This document shows positions 25,712 to 35,422 of a stretch of DNA of 64,000 nt, one piece after another (position 1 is the stretch's first letter; each line of letters starts with the position of its first letter). Location: positions 6,532 to 70,531 of the forward strand of contig JACJWK010000015.1 of NCBI GenBank assembly GCA_020637195.1, given 5' to 3'. Position numbers and translations under genes: made by a program. The notes under the pieces were generated by a model. The model worked only from the letters and a program-made list of their open reading frames with translations. It made no database searches and was not told where the DNA came from. The stretch is from Microthrixaceae bacterium. GTDB lineage: Bacteria; Actinomycetota; Acidimicrobiia; Acidimicrobiales; DATDAH01.

Positions 25712-27534
25712 GACGCGGCGCTCCCGGCCCCCGTGGGGGCGCTCGATGCCGTGGCGGCGGCCCGGTGCCCGTTGCCGCTCGTCGCGTCGTCGTGGCCGGC
25801 GGCGAGGATCTCGCGGTACCGGTCGCTGCCGGCGAGCAGCTCCTCGTGGGTGCCCTCGGCCACCACGCGACCGCCGTCGAGCACGACCACGCGGTCGGCC
25901 AGGGCGATGGTCGCGGGGCGGTGGGCGATGACGAGCGTGGTCCGTCCCGACATCACCTCTCGCATGGCGTCGCGGATCTCGTGCTCCTTCGTCGGGTCGA
26001 CCGAGGAGGTGGCGTCGTCGAGGATGAGCACCCGGGGATCCGCCAGGATCGCCCGGGCGATCGCGATGCGCTGGCGCTGGCCGCCCGACAGCGAGAAGCC
26101 CCGCTCGCCGATCTCGGTGGCGTAGCCCTCGGGCAGCCGCTCGATGAACTCGTGGGCGCCGGCGAGGCGCGCGGCGCGCTCGATCTCGGCCACCGAGGCG
26201 TCGGGGTCGGCGAACGCGATGTTGCCGGCCACGCTCTCGCTGAACAGGAACGTGTCCTCGAACACGATGCCGACCGCCCGTCGCAGCGAACGCAGGGCGA
26301 GGGTGGTGACGTCGACGCCGTCGATGCGGATGCGGCCCTCGTCCACGTCGTAGAAGCGCGGGAGGAGGCGGGCGATGGTGGTCTTGCCCGAGCCGGTGGC
26401 GCCGACCACCGCCACGGACTGGCCCGCCGGCACCACGAGGTCGAAGTCGTCCAGCACGGCGGGCCCACCCGGCGCGTAGGAGAAGCGCACGCCCTCGAAG
26501 CGGATCTCGCCGACCGGGGCGTCGCCGTCCGGCCGGGGCGGGAGGCCGGCGCCGGAGGGATGGTCGACGATGACCGGGGTGGTGTCGAGGATCTCGTGCA
26601 CCCGCTCGGCGGAGGCCACCGACCGCTGCCACTGGGCCACGATCATCCCGAGCATCCGCAGCGGCCAGATGAGCAGGACGACGTAGACGTTGAAGGCCAC
26701 GAGCGCGCCGAGGCTCAGCTCGCCGTCGAGGACGAGGTGGCCCCCGTAGCCGAGCACCGCGATCAGACCGAGGTTGGGGAGCAGGTCGAGCGCCGGCAGG
26801 TACGTGGCCCGGATCCGGGCGGCGGCCATGGACTCGTCGTAGACGTCGTCGGCCTCGGCCGCGAGCCGGGCGGCCTGCACCGGCTCGGCGCCGAAGCCCT
26901 TGACCACCCGCACCCCCGAGACCGTCTCCTCCACCACGCTCGCGAGCTGCGCCGACTCCCGCTGGATGCCCATGACCGGGCCCTGGAGGCGGGTCGAGAA
27001 GCGCTTGGCCAAGACGTTGACGACGGGGAGCCCGGCGAGCGCGAGCACCGCGAGCACCGGGTTGAGGACGAGCAGGATGGCGGTGACCGCGACCACGGTG
27101 AGGACGTTCGACATCGTGAGCGGGATGAGCACGACGAGCTGCTGGATCTGCTGGAGGTCGGTGTTGGCCCGGCTCATCAGCTCGCCGGTCTGCGACTCGT
27201 CGTGGAACGCGAAGTGCAGGCGCTGGAGGTGCGCGTACAGGCGGTCCCGGAGGTCGGTCTCGGCCCATCGGCTCTCGCGGAAGGCGAGGTAGCGGCGCAT
27301 GCCCGTGAAGGCCGCGGCGACGAGGCCCAGGGCGAAGATCACCGCGGTCCACCGGGCCAGCGCGGCGCCGTCGTAGGGATCGATGCCCCGGTCGATGGCC
27401 ACCGCCACGGCCAGCGGCACCGCGACCTTGGCCAGGGTCCAGGCGAGCCCGACGCCGACCCCCGCGGCCACCCCCCGCCACTGACGGCGCAGCAGCGAGC
27501 GGATCAGGCCCGAGCCCGGGGACTGCGCCGCCAC
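25708..27534 (-). CDS. ABC transporter, fused permease/ATPase (exporter type), subunit 1
   Basis: GATGSGKTT, LSGGQRQR, LILDDATSSVD; N-terminal TM domain. Confidence 0.88.
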   Translation of the reverse strand: MAAQSPGSGLIRSLLRRQWRGVAAGVGVGLAWTLAKVAVPLAVAVAIDRGIDPYDGAALARWTAVIFALGLVAAAFTGMRRYLAFRESRWAETDLRDRLYAHLQRLHFAFHDESQTGELMSRANTDLQQIQQLVVLIPLTMSNVLTVVAVTAILLVLNPVLAVLALAGLPVVNVLAKRFSTRLQGPVMGIQRESAQLASVVEETVSGVRVVKGFGAEPVQAARLAAEADDVYDESMAAARIRATYLPALDLLPNLGLIAVLGYGGHLVLDGELSLGALVAFNVYVVLLIWPLRMLGMIVAQWQRSVASAERVHEILDTTPVIVDHPSGAGLPPRPDGDAPVGEIRFEGVRFSYAPGGPAVLDDFDLVVPAGQSVAVVGATGSGKTTIARLLPRFYDVDEGRIRIDGVDVTTLALRSLRRAVGIVFEDTFLFSESVAGNIAFADPDASVAEIERAARLAGAHEFIERLPEGYATEIGERGFSLSGGQRQRIAIARAILADPRVLILDDATSSVDPTKEHEIRDAMREVMSGRTTLVIAHRPATIALADRVVVLDGGRVVAEGTHEELLAGSDRYREILAAGHDDATSGNGHRAAATASSAPTGAGSAAS

Positions 27535-27623
27535 CGGCTACGGCCGCGTGGCGACACGGGCGCGCAGCGCCGTGCCGTCGTCGCGGGGAGCCGGGGTCAC
27601 GCTGCCAGGCTAGGGCCCGGCGG

Positions 27624-28145
27624 TCACGGTGGAACCAGCCTTTGCTCGGCCCGGTAGCGAGCGGCCCGCTCGACGTAGAGCTGCACGGCGGCGTCGAACT
27701 CGCCCTGGGGCACGGCGTCGAGCCGGAGCGCGGCGGGGACGCCCAGGGCCATCGCCCGCGCCGGCACCTCGGTGCCGTTCGGCACGACCGCGTTGGCCCC
27801 GACGAGGGCACCGCTGCGCACGACCACCCGGTGCAGGACCACCGAGCCCGATCCGATCAGGCACCGGTCCTCGACGACGCAGCCCTCGAGGTGGGCGTTG
27901 TGCCCGACCACGCACTCCGCCCCGATCACCGTGTCGTGCTCGGCGGTGGCGTGGACGATGGTGCCGTCCTGCACGGACGTGCGGGCACCGATGCGGATGG
28001 CCCCGTCGTCGCCGCGCAGCACCGCGGTGGGCCAGACCGAGGCGTGGGCGTCGACGCGCACCCGGCCGATCACGACGGCGTCGGGGTGCACGTAGGCGTC
28101 GGGATGGATCTCGGGCTCGACCGCGCCGAGCGCGTAGACGGGCAC
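27624..28145 (-). CDS. Gamma-carbonic-anhydrase-like / hexapeptide-repeat (LbH) protein
   Basis: Left-handed beta-helix repeats with conserved His pattern (SVWPTAVLRGD..IGARTSVQDGTIVH..VGHNAHLEGC). Confidence 0.8.
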   Translation of the reverse strand: MPVYALGAVEPEIHPDAYVHPDAVVIGRVRVDAHASVWPTAVLRGDDGAIRIGARTSVQDGTIVHATAEHDTVIGAECVVGHNAHLEGCVVEDRCLIGSGSVVLHRVVVRSGALVGANAVVPNGTEVPARAMALGVPAALRLDAVPQGEFDAAVQLYVERAARYRAEQRLVPP

Positions 28146-28152
28146 CCGCGGG

Positions 28153-28656
28153 TCAGGCGTCGAAGCGCCCGTAGCCGCCCCGGTAGAAGATGAGGGGCAG
28201 GCCCTCGTTGGCGGCGTCGAGCTCGAGGACGCGCCCGATGACGACGAAGTGGTCGCCCTCGTCGTGGACCCGCTCGATCGAGCAGTCGATCCAGCCCAGC
28301 ACGTCGGCGAGGACCGGCGACCCCGAGACGCCGTCGCGGTAGCCGATCCCCGCGAACTTGTCGTCGCTCTTGCTGGCCATCACCCGGCAGAGGTCCTCCT
28401 GCTCGGACGAGAGGATGTTGGCGCAGAAGCTGCCCGACGCCTCGATGAGCGGCCAGCTCGACGACGTCTTCTGGGGGCAGAACAGCACCAGAGGAGGGTC
28501 GAGCGAGACCGACGAGAAGGACCCGATGGCCATGCCCACGGGCTTGCCCTCGCTCGTGCCGGTGATGACCGTGACCCCCGTGGGGAAGTGGCCCAGGACG
28601 TTGCGGTAGTGGGCGGCGTCGATGCCCCCCGTGTCCGAGCTGGTCGGGTTGGTCAC
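28153..28656 (-). CDS. Flavin reductase-like (NAD(P)H:FMN oxidoreductase domain) protein
   Basis: FPTGVTVITG..PVGMAIGSFSSVSLDPPLVLFC..GDHFVVIGRV. Confidence 0.8.
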   Translation of the reverse strand: MTNPTSSDTGGIDAAHYRNVLGHFPTGVTVITGTSEGKPVGMAIGSFSSVSLDPPLVLFCPQKTSSSWPLIEASGSFCANILSSEQEDLCRVMASKSDDKFAGIGYRDGVSGSPVLADVLGWIDCSIERVHDEGDHFVVIGRVLELDAANEGLPLIFYRGGYGRFDA

Positions 28657-28687
28657 GCTGGCTCCTCTCGGTGGTCGGCGCCCGACC

Positions 28688-29539
28688 TTACCGAGGAACG
28701 GTCACGGGCGACCCCAGCGAGACGGTGAGCCCCTCGTGCGCGCAGAGGACCTCGTCGAGCGACGCCGCGGCCTCGAGCGACCGGGCGTAGGCCAGCAGGC
28801 GGTCGAGCTCGTCGTCGTGGTGCGTCGGGTCGTGGTGGAACAGCACGAGGCGACGAGCGCCCACCTCGGCGGCCACGTGCACGGCGTAGTCGATCGTGCA
28901 GTGCCCCCAGTGGGGCTTCTCGGCGAACTCCGCCTGCGTGAACTGCGCGTCGTGGATCAACAGGTCGACCCCCTCGCACAGCTCGGCGACCGAGTCGGCG
29001 ATCGCGAAGCCGCCGTCACGGGGCTGCTGGTGGTCGCTGACGTAGGCCACGCTGCGGCCGTCCCACTCGATGCGGTAGCCGAGGGTGCGCCCGACGTGGG
29101 GCACCTCCCGGGCCCGGACCTTGGCGTCGCCCACCGCGAAGTCGGCCTCGGTGACGTCGTGGAACGCGACCTCGCCGGCGAGGTCGGCCACGCCCACCGG
29201 GAAGTACGGCTGGCGCATGAACGTGGCGAAGGCGCCCTCGAGGTCGAGGCCCGGCTCCGACGGCCCGTAGACCTCGAGGCGCGCACCCGCACGATGCAGC
29301 GGGGTGAAGAACGGCAGCCCCTGCACGTGGTCCCAGTGGAGGTGGGTGATGAGCGCGGCGCCCCGGAAGGGCTCGTCGCTCGGGAGCGCCTCGCCCCAGA
29401 AGCGCAGCCCCGTGCCCAGGTCGAGCACGATGGGCTCGCTGCCGGGGCTCTCCAGCACGACGCACGCGGTGTTGCCCCCGTAGCGGTGGTTGTCCGCACA
29501 CGGACAGGGGGTCGAGCCCCGAACCCCGTAGAACGTCAC
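28688..29539 (-). CDS. MBL-fold metallo-hydrolase
   Basis: THLHWDHVQGLPFF (HxHxDH). Start is uncertain (GTG 29539 chosen). Confidence 0.75.
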   Translation of the reverse strand: MTFYGVRGSTPCPCADNHRYGGNTACVVLESPGSEPIVLDLGTGLRFWGEALPSDEPFRGAALITHLHWDHVQGLPFFTPLHRAGARLEVYGPSEPGLDLEGAFATFMRQPYFPVGVADLAGEVAFHDVTEADFAVGDAKVRAREVPHVGRTLGYRIEWDGRSVAYVSDHQQPRDGGFAIADSVAELCEGVDLLIHDAQFTQAEFAEKPHWGHCTIDYAVHVAAEVGARRLVLFHHDPTHHDDELDRLLAYARSLEAAASLDEVLCAHEGLTVSLGSPVTVPR

Positions 29540-29632
29540 GTTGAGCAGCGGTCTCCCCCCTTCGTCCTCCTCCCCAGAGACTACCGAAGCGCGCCGATCG
29601 GTGGGGCGCAGCGCCCGTGCCATGCTCGGAGC

Positions 29633-30499
29633 GTGGAATCGCGCAGCCTCACCGTCCGCGGCGTCGAGCTCACCTTCCTGGAGGTGGGCGAGGGCCCGCT
29701 CGCCCTCTGCCTCCACGGCTTCCCGGACACCGCCCACACGTGGCGTCACCTCGGCCCCCGGCTCGCCGAGGCCGGTTTCCACGCCGTGGCCCCGTTCAAC
29801 CGCGGCTACGCCCCGTCGGCCGTGCCCGCCGACGGCCTCCACCAGACCGGCGCCCTCGCCGCCGACGCGAACGCGCTGCACGAGGCGTTGGGCGGAAACG
29901 ACCGCGCGGTGCTCGTCGGCCACGACTGGGGCGCCCTCGCCGCGTACGGCGCCGCCGGCAGCGGGCCCGACCGCTGGGCCCGGGTGGTGGGCATGGCCGT
30001 GCCGCCGACGAGCGCGACCGGCCTCTCGCTCCTGTCCTACGAGCAGGTGCGGCGCTTCTGGTACGCGTACTTCTTCCTGCACCCCCTCGCCGAGATGATC
30101 GTGGCCCGAGACGACCTCGCCTTCGTCGAGGGGCTCTGGCGCGACTGGTCGCCGGGCTACGACGCCTCCGAGGACCTCGGTCCCGTCAAGCGGGCGCTGT
30201 CCGGGCCCGCCAACCTCACCGCGGCGCTGGGGACCTACCGCGCCACCTTCGGCGGCGGCGAGCAGTCGCCCGGCCTGGCCGACGAGCAGGCCGCCTGCGG
30301 CGAGGTCCCGCCCCAGCCCACCCTGTACCTGCACGGCGACCAGGACGGCTGCGTGGGCGTGGACGTGGCCCGCGCCGCGGCGCCGGCGTTCGACCGGGAG
30401 GGCTGCGCCTTCGCGGTGGTGCCCGGGACCGGCCACTTCCTGCACCTCGAGGCGCCCGGCGCGGTGAACGACCGGATCGTGGCGTTCCTCACCGGCTGA
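29633..30499 (+). CDS. Alpha/beta hydrolase (epoxide-hydrolase-like)
   Basis: LCLHGFPDTAHTW and nucleophile elbow VGHDWGA. GTG 29633 is in frame with track ORF 28622-30499. Confidence 0.75.
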   Translation: MESRSLTVRGVELTFLEVGEGPLALCLHGFPDTAHTWRHLGPRLAEAGFHAVAPFNRGYAPSAVPADGLHQTGALAADANALHEALGGNDRAVLVGHDWGALAAYGAAGSGPDRWARVVGMAVPPTSATGLSLLSYEQVRRFWYAYFFLHPLAEMIVARDDLAFVEGLWRDWSPGYDASEDLGPVKRALSGPANLTAALGTYRATFGGGEQSPGLADEQAACGEVPPQPTLYLHGDQDGCVGVDVARAAAPAFDREGCAFAVVPGTGHFLHLEAPGAVNDRIVAFLTG

Positions 30500-30594
30500 G
30501 GCCTCGCCCACGGACGCGGCGGCGCCCACCGACGCGGCGGCGCCCCACCCCGGAACGAGGCAGGGCGCCCGTCGCCGGGCGCCGACCGGAGCCC

Positions 30595-31554
30595 TCAGCC
30601 CGCGGTGGTCGTGGTGGACCCGCCGACGGTCGTGGTGGTCGAGCCGCCGCCGGCGGTCGTCGTGGTCGACGACCCGCCCGCGGTGGTCGTGGTGGTGTCG
30701 CCGCCGGCGTCGCCGCCGTCGGCCCCCGCGCCCGAACCCCCGTCGGCGCCGACGAAGGCCTCCTCGGGGACCCGGTCGTCGACCGGCAGGAAGGCCACCG
30801 GCACCTGGTCCTCGTCGAGGAAGCCGCGCAGCACCGCCTGATGGCGGGCCTCGACCCCCCCGATGCCCATGATCGCCTGGCGCAGCGTCGTGGTGGAGAG
30901 CTCGCCGGCCGCCCAGGCGTAGGTCTCGGCGGCGGCGGTCTCGAGGTCGAGGGCCAGCCGCACCACGCTGTCCTCGTCGGTGAGGCCGTCGAGCGCCGGG
31001 GTGACGACGTTGTCCTGGAGGAAGGTGTTGGCCTCCTCGAACGGCGTGCCGCCGGCGTCGGTGGTCGCCTGCTGGAGCGCCCCGGCGTGGTCGTCGTGCT
31101 GGTCTCGGAAGAGCACGGCCGCCTGGGCGACGTCGGGGTTCGTGACGAGCCCCGAGTCGATGGCGGTCTGGTAGGTGCTCACCGCCAGGATCTCGAGCGA
31201 CGTGGCCGTGCGCAGGAGGTCGAGGTCGAACTCGACGTCGGCGGGGTCGGCCGTGGTCGTGGTCGCGTCGGCGGGCAGGCCGCTCTCGGCGACGTCGGTC
31301 TCGCCGTCGTCGCTGCACGCGGCCAGGACCGCGGCGCCGAGCACGGTGGCCCCGCCGATCTTCAGGAACCCCCGGCGGGAGGGCACGCCGAGGAGGTGGG
31401 CCTTGGCCGCCGCCGAGGTGCCGGGCCCGCCCGACGACCGGCGGTCGGCGGCGAAGAGGCGGGCCAGCGCGTCCCGCCAGGGACCCAGCGCGGCGGCCTG
31501 GTCGGCCCGGCTCGCCCGGAGCTGGCGGCGGACCTCGTCTCGTGAGTAGTTCAT
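30595..31554 (-). CDS. Ferritin-like-domain lipoprotein with Tat-type signal and Thr/Gly-rich C-terminal tail
   Basis: SRRGFLKIGGATVLGAAVLAAC (RR motif plus lipobox). Ferritin-like helices (LEILAVSTYQTAI..FRDQHDDHAGAL..ETAAAETY..VEARHQAVL). The Tat motif sits about 60 aa from ATG 31554, so the true start may be an internal GTG. Confidence 0.65.
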   Translation of the reverse strand: MNYSRDEVRRQLRASRADQAAALGPWRDALARLFAADRRSSGGPGTSAAAKAHLLGVPSRRGFLKIGGATVLGAAVLAACSDDGETDVAESGLPADATTTTADPADVEFDLDLLRTATSLEILAVSTYQTAIDSGLVTNPDVAQAAVLFRDQHDDHAGALQQATTDAGGTPFEEANTFLQDNVVTPALDGLTDEDSVVRLALDLETAAAETYAWAAGELSTTTLRQAIMGIGGVEARHQAVLRGFLDEDQVPVAFLPVDDRVPEEAFVGADGGSGAGADGGDAGGDTTTTTAGGSSTTTTAGGGSTTTTVGGSTTTTAG

Positions 31555-31583
31555 CGCGTCGCGTTCCTCTCGTCTCGGGCGCT

Positions 31584-32339
31584 TCAGCCGTTCACCGGGT
31601 ACTCGCGGGGGCTGAGGGCGCCCTCCTGGCCCTGGAAGGTGGGCACGTACTCCTCGAGGTCCTGGCCGAGCGCCTGCCCGAGCACGACCGCGTGCTGGGA
31701 CTCGATGGGCAGCACCGTGGCCGCGGCGAGCGCGGCGTCGCGGTCCTGCAGGACGCCGAGGCTGAAGTAGTAGGTCGCCGCGGCCCCGTTCTCGAGGTCC
31801 TGGGCGATCTGGAGGAGGGCGTCCTGGTCGGCTGCCTCGCCGATCTGGGGGGCGAAGACGTCGAGCACCGCCTGGTTCGCCTCGCCGGTGGCCGCGTCGC
31901 TCGCCACGGCCCCGAACGCGTCGGCGTGCTCGGAGTGGTGCCGGCGGAAGATCTCGGCGACGTCGACGACGCCGCCGTCGAGCAGGCCCGTGTCGATGGC
32001 GGCCGAGTAGGCCTCGACGGCGGCCAGCTCGACGCTCTCGGCGAAGGCGGCGAGATCGCCGTCCGACAGGGTCTCCTGGGCCCACGCCGCCGGCATGAGG
32101 CGGGCCATGGGGACGAGCGTCGATCCCAGGGTGAGGACCGCGCCCCCGAGCCCCGCGTCACGAAGGAAGCGACGCCGGCTGCGGGCCAGCACGCGGCTCG
32201 TCTCCCCGAAGTGCACCTCGCGGAGGTCCTCGTGGACCGTGGCCATGGCCTCGCGGTGCTGGTCGTCGACATCGTCGGCGAGCTGCCGCAACGCTCGAGT
32301 CGTGATCTCCACGGACGCTCCTTGGTTCGGGTCGTTCAT
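31584..32339 (-). CDS. Ferritin-like-domain protein with Tat-type signal
   Basis: SRRRFLRDAGLGG..AAWAQ; VELAAVEAYSAAI..FRRHHSEHADAF..ENGAAATY..IESQHAVVL. Alternative start at ATG 32246. Confidence 0.65.
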   Translation of the reverse strand: MNDPNQGASVEITTRALRQLADDVDDQHREAMATVHEDLREVHFGETSRVLARSRRRFLRDAGLGGAVLTLGSTLVPMARLMPAAWAQETLSDGDLAAFAESVELAAVEAYSAAIDTGLLDGGVVDVAEIFRRHHSEHADAFGAVASDAATGEANQAVLDVFAPQIGEAADQDALLQIAQDLENGAAATYYFSLGVLQDRDAALAAATVLPIESQHAVVLGQALGQDLEEYVPTFQGQEGALSPREYPVNG

Positions 32340-32436
32340 CGGTCGTGCCGGGAGGATCTTGTCGCCCCACGACCCCTCGACGCCAACGGGCCGCCGGCGG
32401 GGCGCACCCACCGACGGCCCGTTGCGGGACGCTCGC

Positions 32437-32889
32437 TCAGCTGCTGACGCTGACCGTGCCCGTCATCGAGGCGTGGATGTTGCAGTGGTAGGTGAACTCG
32501 CCGGCCTCGTCGAAGGTCTGCTCGAAGGTGTCGCCGCTCGACAGGTTGCCCGAGTCGAACGAGTCGTCGTCGGCGGTGACGGTGTGCGTCGTGCCGTCCT
32601 CGTTGGTCCACGTGACGCTGTCGCCCACGGTGATCGAGATCGGGTCGGGCTCGAACGCGAAGTTCTGGATCACCGGTGCGGTCGACTCCGCCGGGGTGTC
32701 CGAGGCGTCCGCCGCGGTGGTGTCGGTGGAGCCTCCACCCGAGTAGTCGGTGCCGCTCTCGGCCGCCGTCGTGTCGCTGGCGCCCTCCGAGTCGGAGTCG
32801 TCGTCGCTGCCGCAGGCGGCGAGGCCCAGCACGAGCAGGCCCGCGGCCGCCAGCGCCACCAGGCGCCGAGTGATCGATCGGTGTGGCAT
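32437..32889 (-). CDS. Cupredoxin (plastocyanin/amicyanin-like) lipoprotein
   Basis: Lipobox LGLAAC. Type-1 copper ligands are HTVT..YHCNIHASMTG (H, C, H, M). ATG 32889. Confidence 0.8.
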   Translation of the reverse strand: MPHRSITRRLVALAAAGLLVLGLAACGSDDDSDSEGASDTTAAESGTDYSGGGSTDTTAADASDTPAESTAPVIQNFAFEPDPISITVGDSVTWTNEDGTTHTVTADDDSFDSGNLSSGDTFEQTFDEAGEFTYHCNIHASMTGTVSVSS

Positions 32890-33032
32890 GGAGGTTCCCC
32901 CCGTTGGTTGGTCGGACCGAGTCGTCCTCCGAGATTGTGACGCACCAGGGCGCCCGACGCGGGCCGTCCGGGCGGGCGGGGTCGCCGCCGAGGGGCCCGC
33001 ACCCCCGCGTCGAGGCCCGTTCGAGGCCCCGC

Positions 33033-33908
33033 TCAGGCGAGCGAGCCGACCACGAGCGGCGCCGAGGTGGGCTGGTCGGCCCCGCCTCGCGCCTCGGTGG
33101 TGATGGCGAGCGCGGCGGTCGGGGCCTCCACCTGGAACGCCTCCACGCCGGGGTCGTGGCCGAGCACGCCGAGCGACACCGCCCGCCCACCGTCGAGGCC
33201 CCAGAGCTGATAGGTCGACCCCGGGCCCGCGTCCGGGAGGGTGCCCCCGAGCAGGTAGCCGTCGCCGTCGGCGGTCACCACGGCCCGCAGCACCAGGCCG
33301 TCGTCGCCGGGCCGGTCGCCACTCCCGGGCGGCGCCAGGCGCACCACCCGCGAGCCCGGGTCGGCGAGCGCGTCCGCCACCGAGCCCGGGACTCCGGCCT
33401 CGTCGACCTGGGCCGCCAGGTCGTCGATCCGCGCCTGTTGGTCCCGGATGGTCAGCACACCCACCGCACCGGCCACGAGCAGGCACGCCGCGGCGACGGC
33501 CGCCACCGCCACGGTGGGCCGCGACCAGCGACGGCCGCGACGGGCGTCACCGAGGGGGATCACCGGGGCCGGCGCGTCCGGCGCGGGACGAGGGCCCGCG
33601 CCGTCGTGACCGTCGAGGGTCGCCAGGACGGCGACCGGGTCCGACGGGACCGGGGCACCGCCCTCGTCGCCGTCGATCGCCTCGGCGATGCGGTCCCACA
33701 GGCCCGCCGGGGCGGCGGCACCCGCGTTGCCGAGCAGCGCCGCCACCGCCCGGTGCTCCTCCACCTCGGCCCGGCACTGCGGGCACGCGCGGAGGTGGCG
33801 CTCGACCGCCGCGGCCTCGCCGGGCTCGACCGCGTCGAGGGCGTAGGCGCCGAGGAGCTCGCGGAGCTCGTCGTGGTGGGTCGGTTCCAAGGGGGTGTGG
33901 TCGCTCAT
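33033..33908 (-). CDS. Anti-sigma factor (zf-HC2 N-terminus, one TM, RskA-like extracytoplasmic domain)
   Basis: HLRACPQCRAEVEEH (H-x3-C-x2-C); central TM VAVAAVAAACLLVAGAVGVL. ATGA overlap with the sigma factor stop. Confidence 0.8.
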   Translation of the reverse strand: MSDHTPLEPTHHDELRELLGAYALDAVEPGEAAAVERHLRACPQCRAEVEEHRAVAALLGNAGAAAPAGLWDRIAEAIDGDEGGAPVPSDPVAVLATLDGHDGAGPRPAPDAPAPVIPLGDARRGRRWSRPTVAVAAVAAACLLVAGAVGVLTIRDQQARIDDLAAQVDEAGVPGSVADALADPGSRVVRLAPPGSGDRPGDDGLVLRAVVTADGDGYLLGGTLPDAGPGSTYQLWGLDGGRAVSLGVLGHDPGVEAFQVEAPTAALAITTEARGGADQPTSAPLVVGSLA

Positions 33909-34483
33909 GTCGGTGCTCCGATGCCCAGTGCGTCGAGCGCGCCCCGTAGCTGTGAGAGGCCGCTGCGGATGCGGCTCTTCACGGTGCCTTCGGGCGCCCC
34001 CAGGATGCCCGCCACCTCCCGGTAGGTGTAGCCGCCGAAGTACGCCAGCACGATGGCCGAGCGCTGCTCCTCCGGGAGCTCGCCGAGGGCCCCTCCCAGC
34101 CGCTCGGAGACCTCGAGGTCCCACACCTCGCGCTCGAGGTCGTAGCCGGCGTCGACCGCCCGCCGAGCGTCGCGCTCCTCGCGGCGGCGGCGGGACTCCT
34201 CGGAGCGGATGACGTCGACCGCCCGGCCGTGGGCCTGGGCGAGGAGGAACGACCGCAGCGAGCCGCGGTCCGGGTCGTAGCGGTCGGGCTGGCGCCACAG
34301 GCGCAGGAAGACCTCCTGGGCCACCTCCTCCGCCGCGGCGTCCTCCCGCAGCAGCCGGCGAGCCAGGCCGTGGACCGCCCCGCCGTGGCGGCGGAACACC
34401 TCGGCCAGGGCCGCCTGCTCGTACCGCGCCACCGCGAAGACGAGGGCGGCGTCGCCGAGATCGGCGAGGTCGGTGCGGGCCAT
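33905..34483 (-). CDS. ECF-type RNA polymerase sigma factor
   Basis: Region 2 (AQEVFLRLWR..YDP) and region 4 (AIVLAYFGGYTYREVAGILGAPEGTVKSRI). Confidence 0.88.
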   Translation of the reverse strand: MARTDLADLGDAALVFAVARYEQAALAEVFRRHGGAVHGLARRLLREDAAAEEVAQEVFLRLWRQPDRYDPDRGSLRSFLLAQAHGRAVDVIRSEESRRRREERDARRAVDAGYDLEREVWDLEVSERLGGALGELPEEQRSAIVLAYFGGYTYREVAGILGAPEGTVKSRIRSGLSQLRGALDALGIGAPT

Positions 34484-34543
34484 CACCCCGTCTTCGGTGC
34501 CGCTCCCTCCCCCGGATGGGCCCATTCGGAGATTTCTGCCCCG

Positions 34544-35422
34544 TCAGCGGTGGAGCGAGAACCGGTCGTTGTGGGCCACCACCAGCCCGTCCGCCACGAG
34601 GCCCGCCGCGACCCGCTCGGCCCGGTCGTGCTCGCCGGGCCACCCCATGGTCGGCGCCAACGCCGACCGGGGAACGTCCCCCTGGCGCAGTGCGTCGACC
34701 AGTCGGCCACGACCCTGGCGGTCCGAGCCCTCGAAGCGCGACTGCCCCCCGCTCACGCCGGCCGAGCCGCGCGCCGGGTCGGGCGCCGGGCGGCCCGCCT
34801 CGAACCACGCGCACCCCACCGCCACGGGGCACTCCTCGCAACGCGGCGACCGCGGCGTGCAGCGGCCCGCGCCCAGGTCGAGCATGCCCTGGTTCCAGGC
34901 CCACGCCGCCCCCTCGGGCAGCCAGGCGTCCGCCGCCGCCTGCGCCTCGGTCGCGGTGAGCCGGCGCCCCGCCCGGCGCGCCAGCACCCGCGCCACGTTC
35001 GTGTCGACCACCGCCGCGTCGTGCTCGAAGGCGAAGGCCAGCACGGCGCGGGCGGTGTACGGGCCCACGCCGGGCAGCGCCAGCAGGGCCGGCAGGGAGT
35101 CCGGCACCGCGCCGGCGTGGCGCTCGACGACGACGGTCGCGGCCCGGTGCAGCTGCACCGCCCGGCGGTTGTAGCCGAGGCCGGCCCACTCGGTGACGAC
35201 GTCCCCGGGCGCCGCGGTGGCGCAGGCCGCCGGCGTCGGGAACCGGTCGAGGAAGGCGTGGTACCTCGGGACGACGCGCGCCACCTGGGTCTGTTGCAGC
35301 ATCGCCTCGCTGACGAGCACCGCCCAGGGGTCGCGCGTCCGCCGCCAGGGCAGGTCGCGGTGGGAGTCGGCCGACCACCGCAGCACCCCCGCCTGCTCGG
35401 GGGTCAGGCCGTCGAGCGACAC
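34544..35422 (-). CDS. mutY: A/G-specific adenine glycosylase (MutY-like, HhH-GPD plus Fe-S cluster loop)
   Basis: LPWRRTRDPWAVLVSEAMLQQTQV; GLGYNRRA; LPGVGPYTA; CTPRSPRCEECPVAVGC. GTG 35422 overlaps the upstream pseudogene end by 19 nt. Confidence 0.8.
   Translation of the reverse strand: MSLDGLTPEQAGVLRWSADSHRDLPWRRTRDPWAVLVSEAMLQQTQVARVVPRYHAFLDRFPTPAACATAAPGDVVTEWAGLGYNRRAVQLHRAATVVVERHAGAVPDSLPALLALPGVGPYTARAVLAFAFEHDAAVVDTNVARVLARRAGRRLTATEAQAAADAWLPEGAAWAWNQGMLDLGAGRCTPRSPRCEECPVAVGCAWFEAGRPAPDPARGSAGVSGGQSRFEGSDRQGRGRLVDALRQGDVPRSALAPTMGWPGEHDRAERVAAGLVADGLVVAHNDRFSLHR

Noticed and set aside
23921-27811. The 1296-aa ORF, and the 33033-36236 (1067 aa) and 34544-37081 (845 aa) ORFs, read as single giant proteins.
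   Set aside because: They concatenate real C-terminal genes (ABC subunit, anti-sigma factor, MutY) with shadow frames of neighbouring genes. Internal starts with GTGA/ATGA coupling give family-typical lengths.
32890-33032. A possible ECF-type promoter (GGAAC..CGTT-like) between the anti-sigma and cupredoxin genes, and upstream of the sigma gene (34484-34543).
   Set aside because: I could not find a convincing -35/-10 pair with correct spacing by eye. The GGAAC next to the cupredoxin ATG is more likely part of the RBS region.
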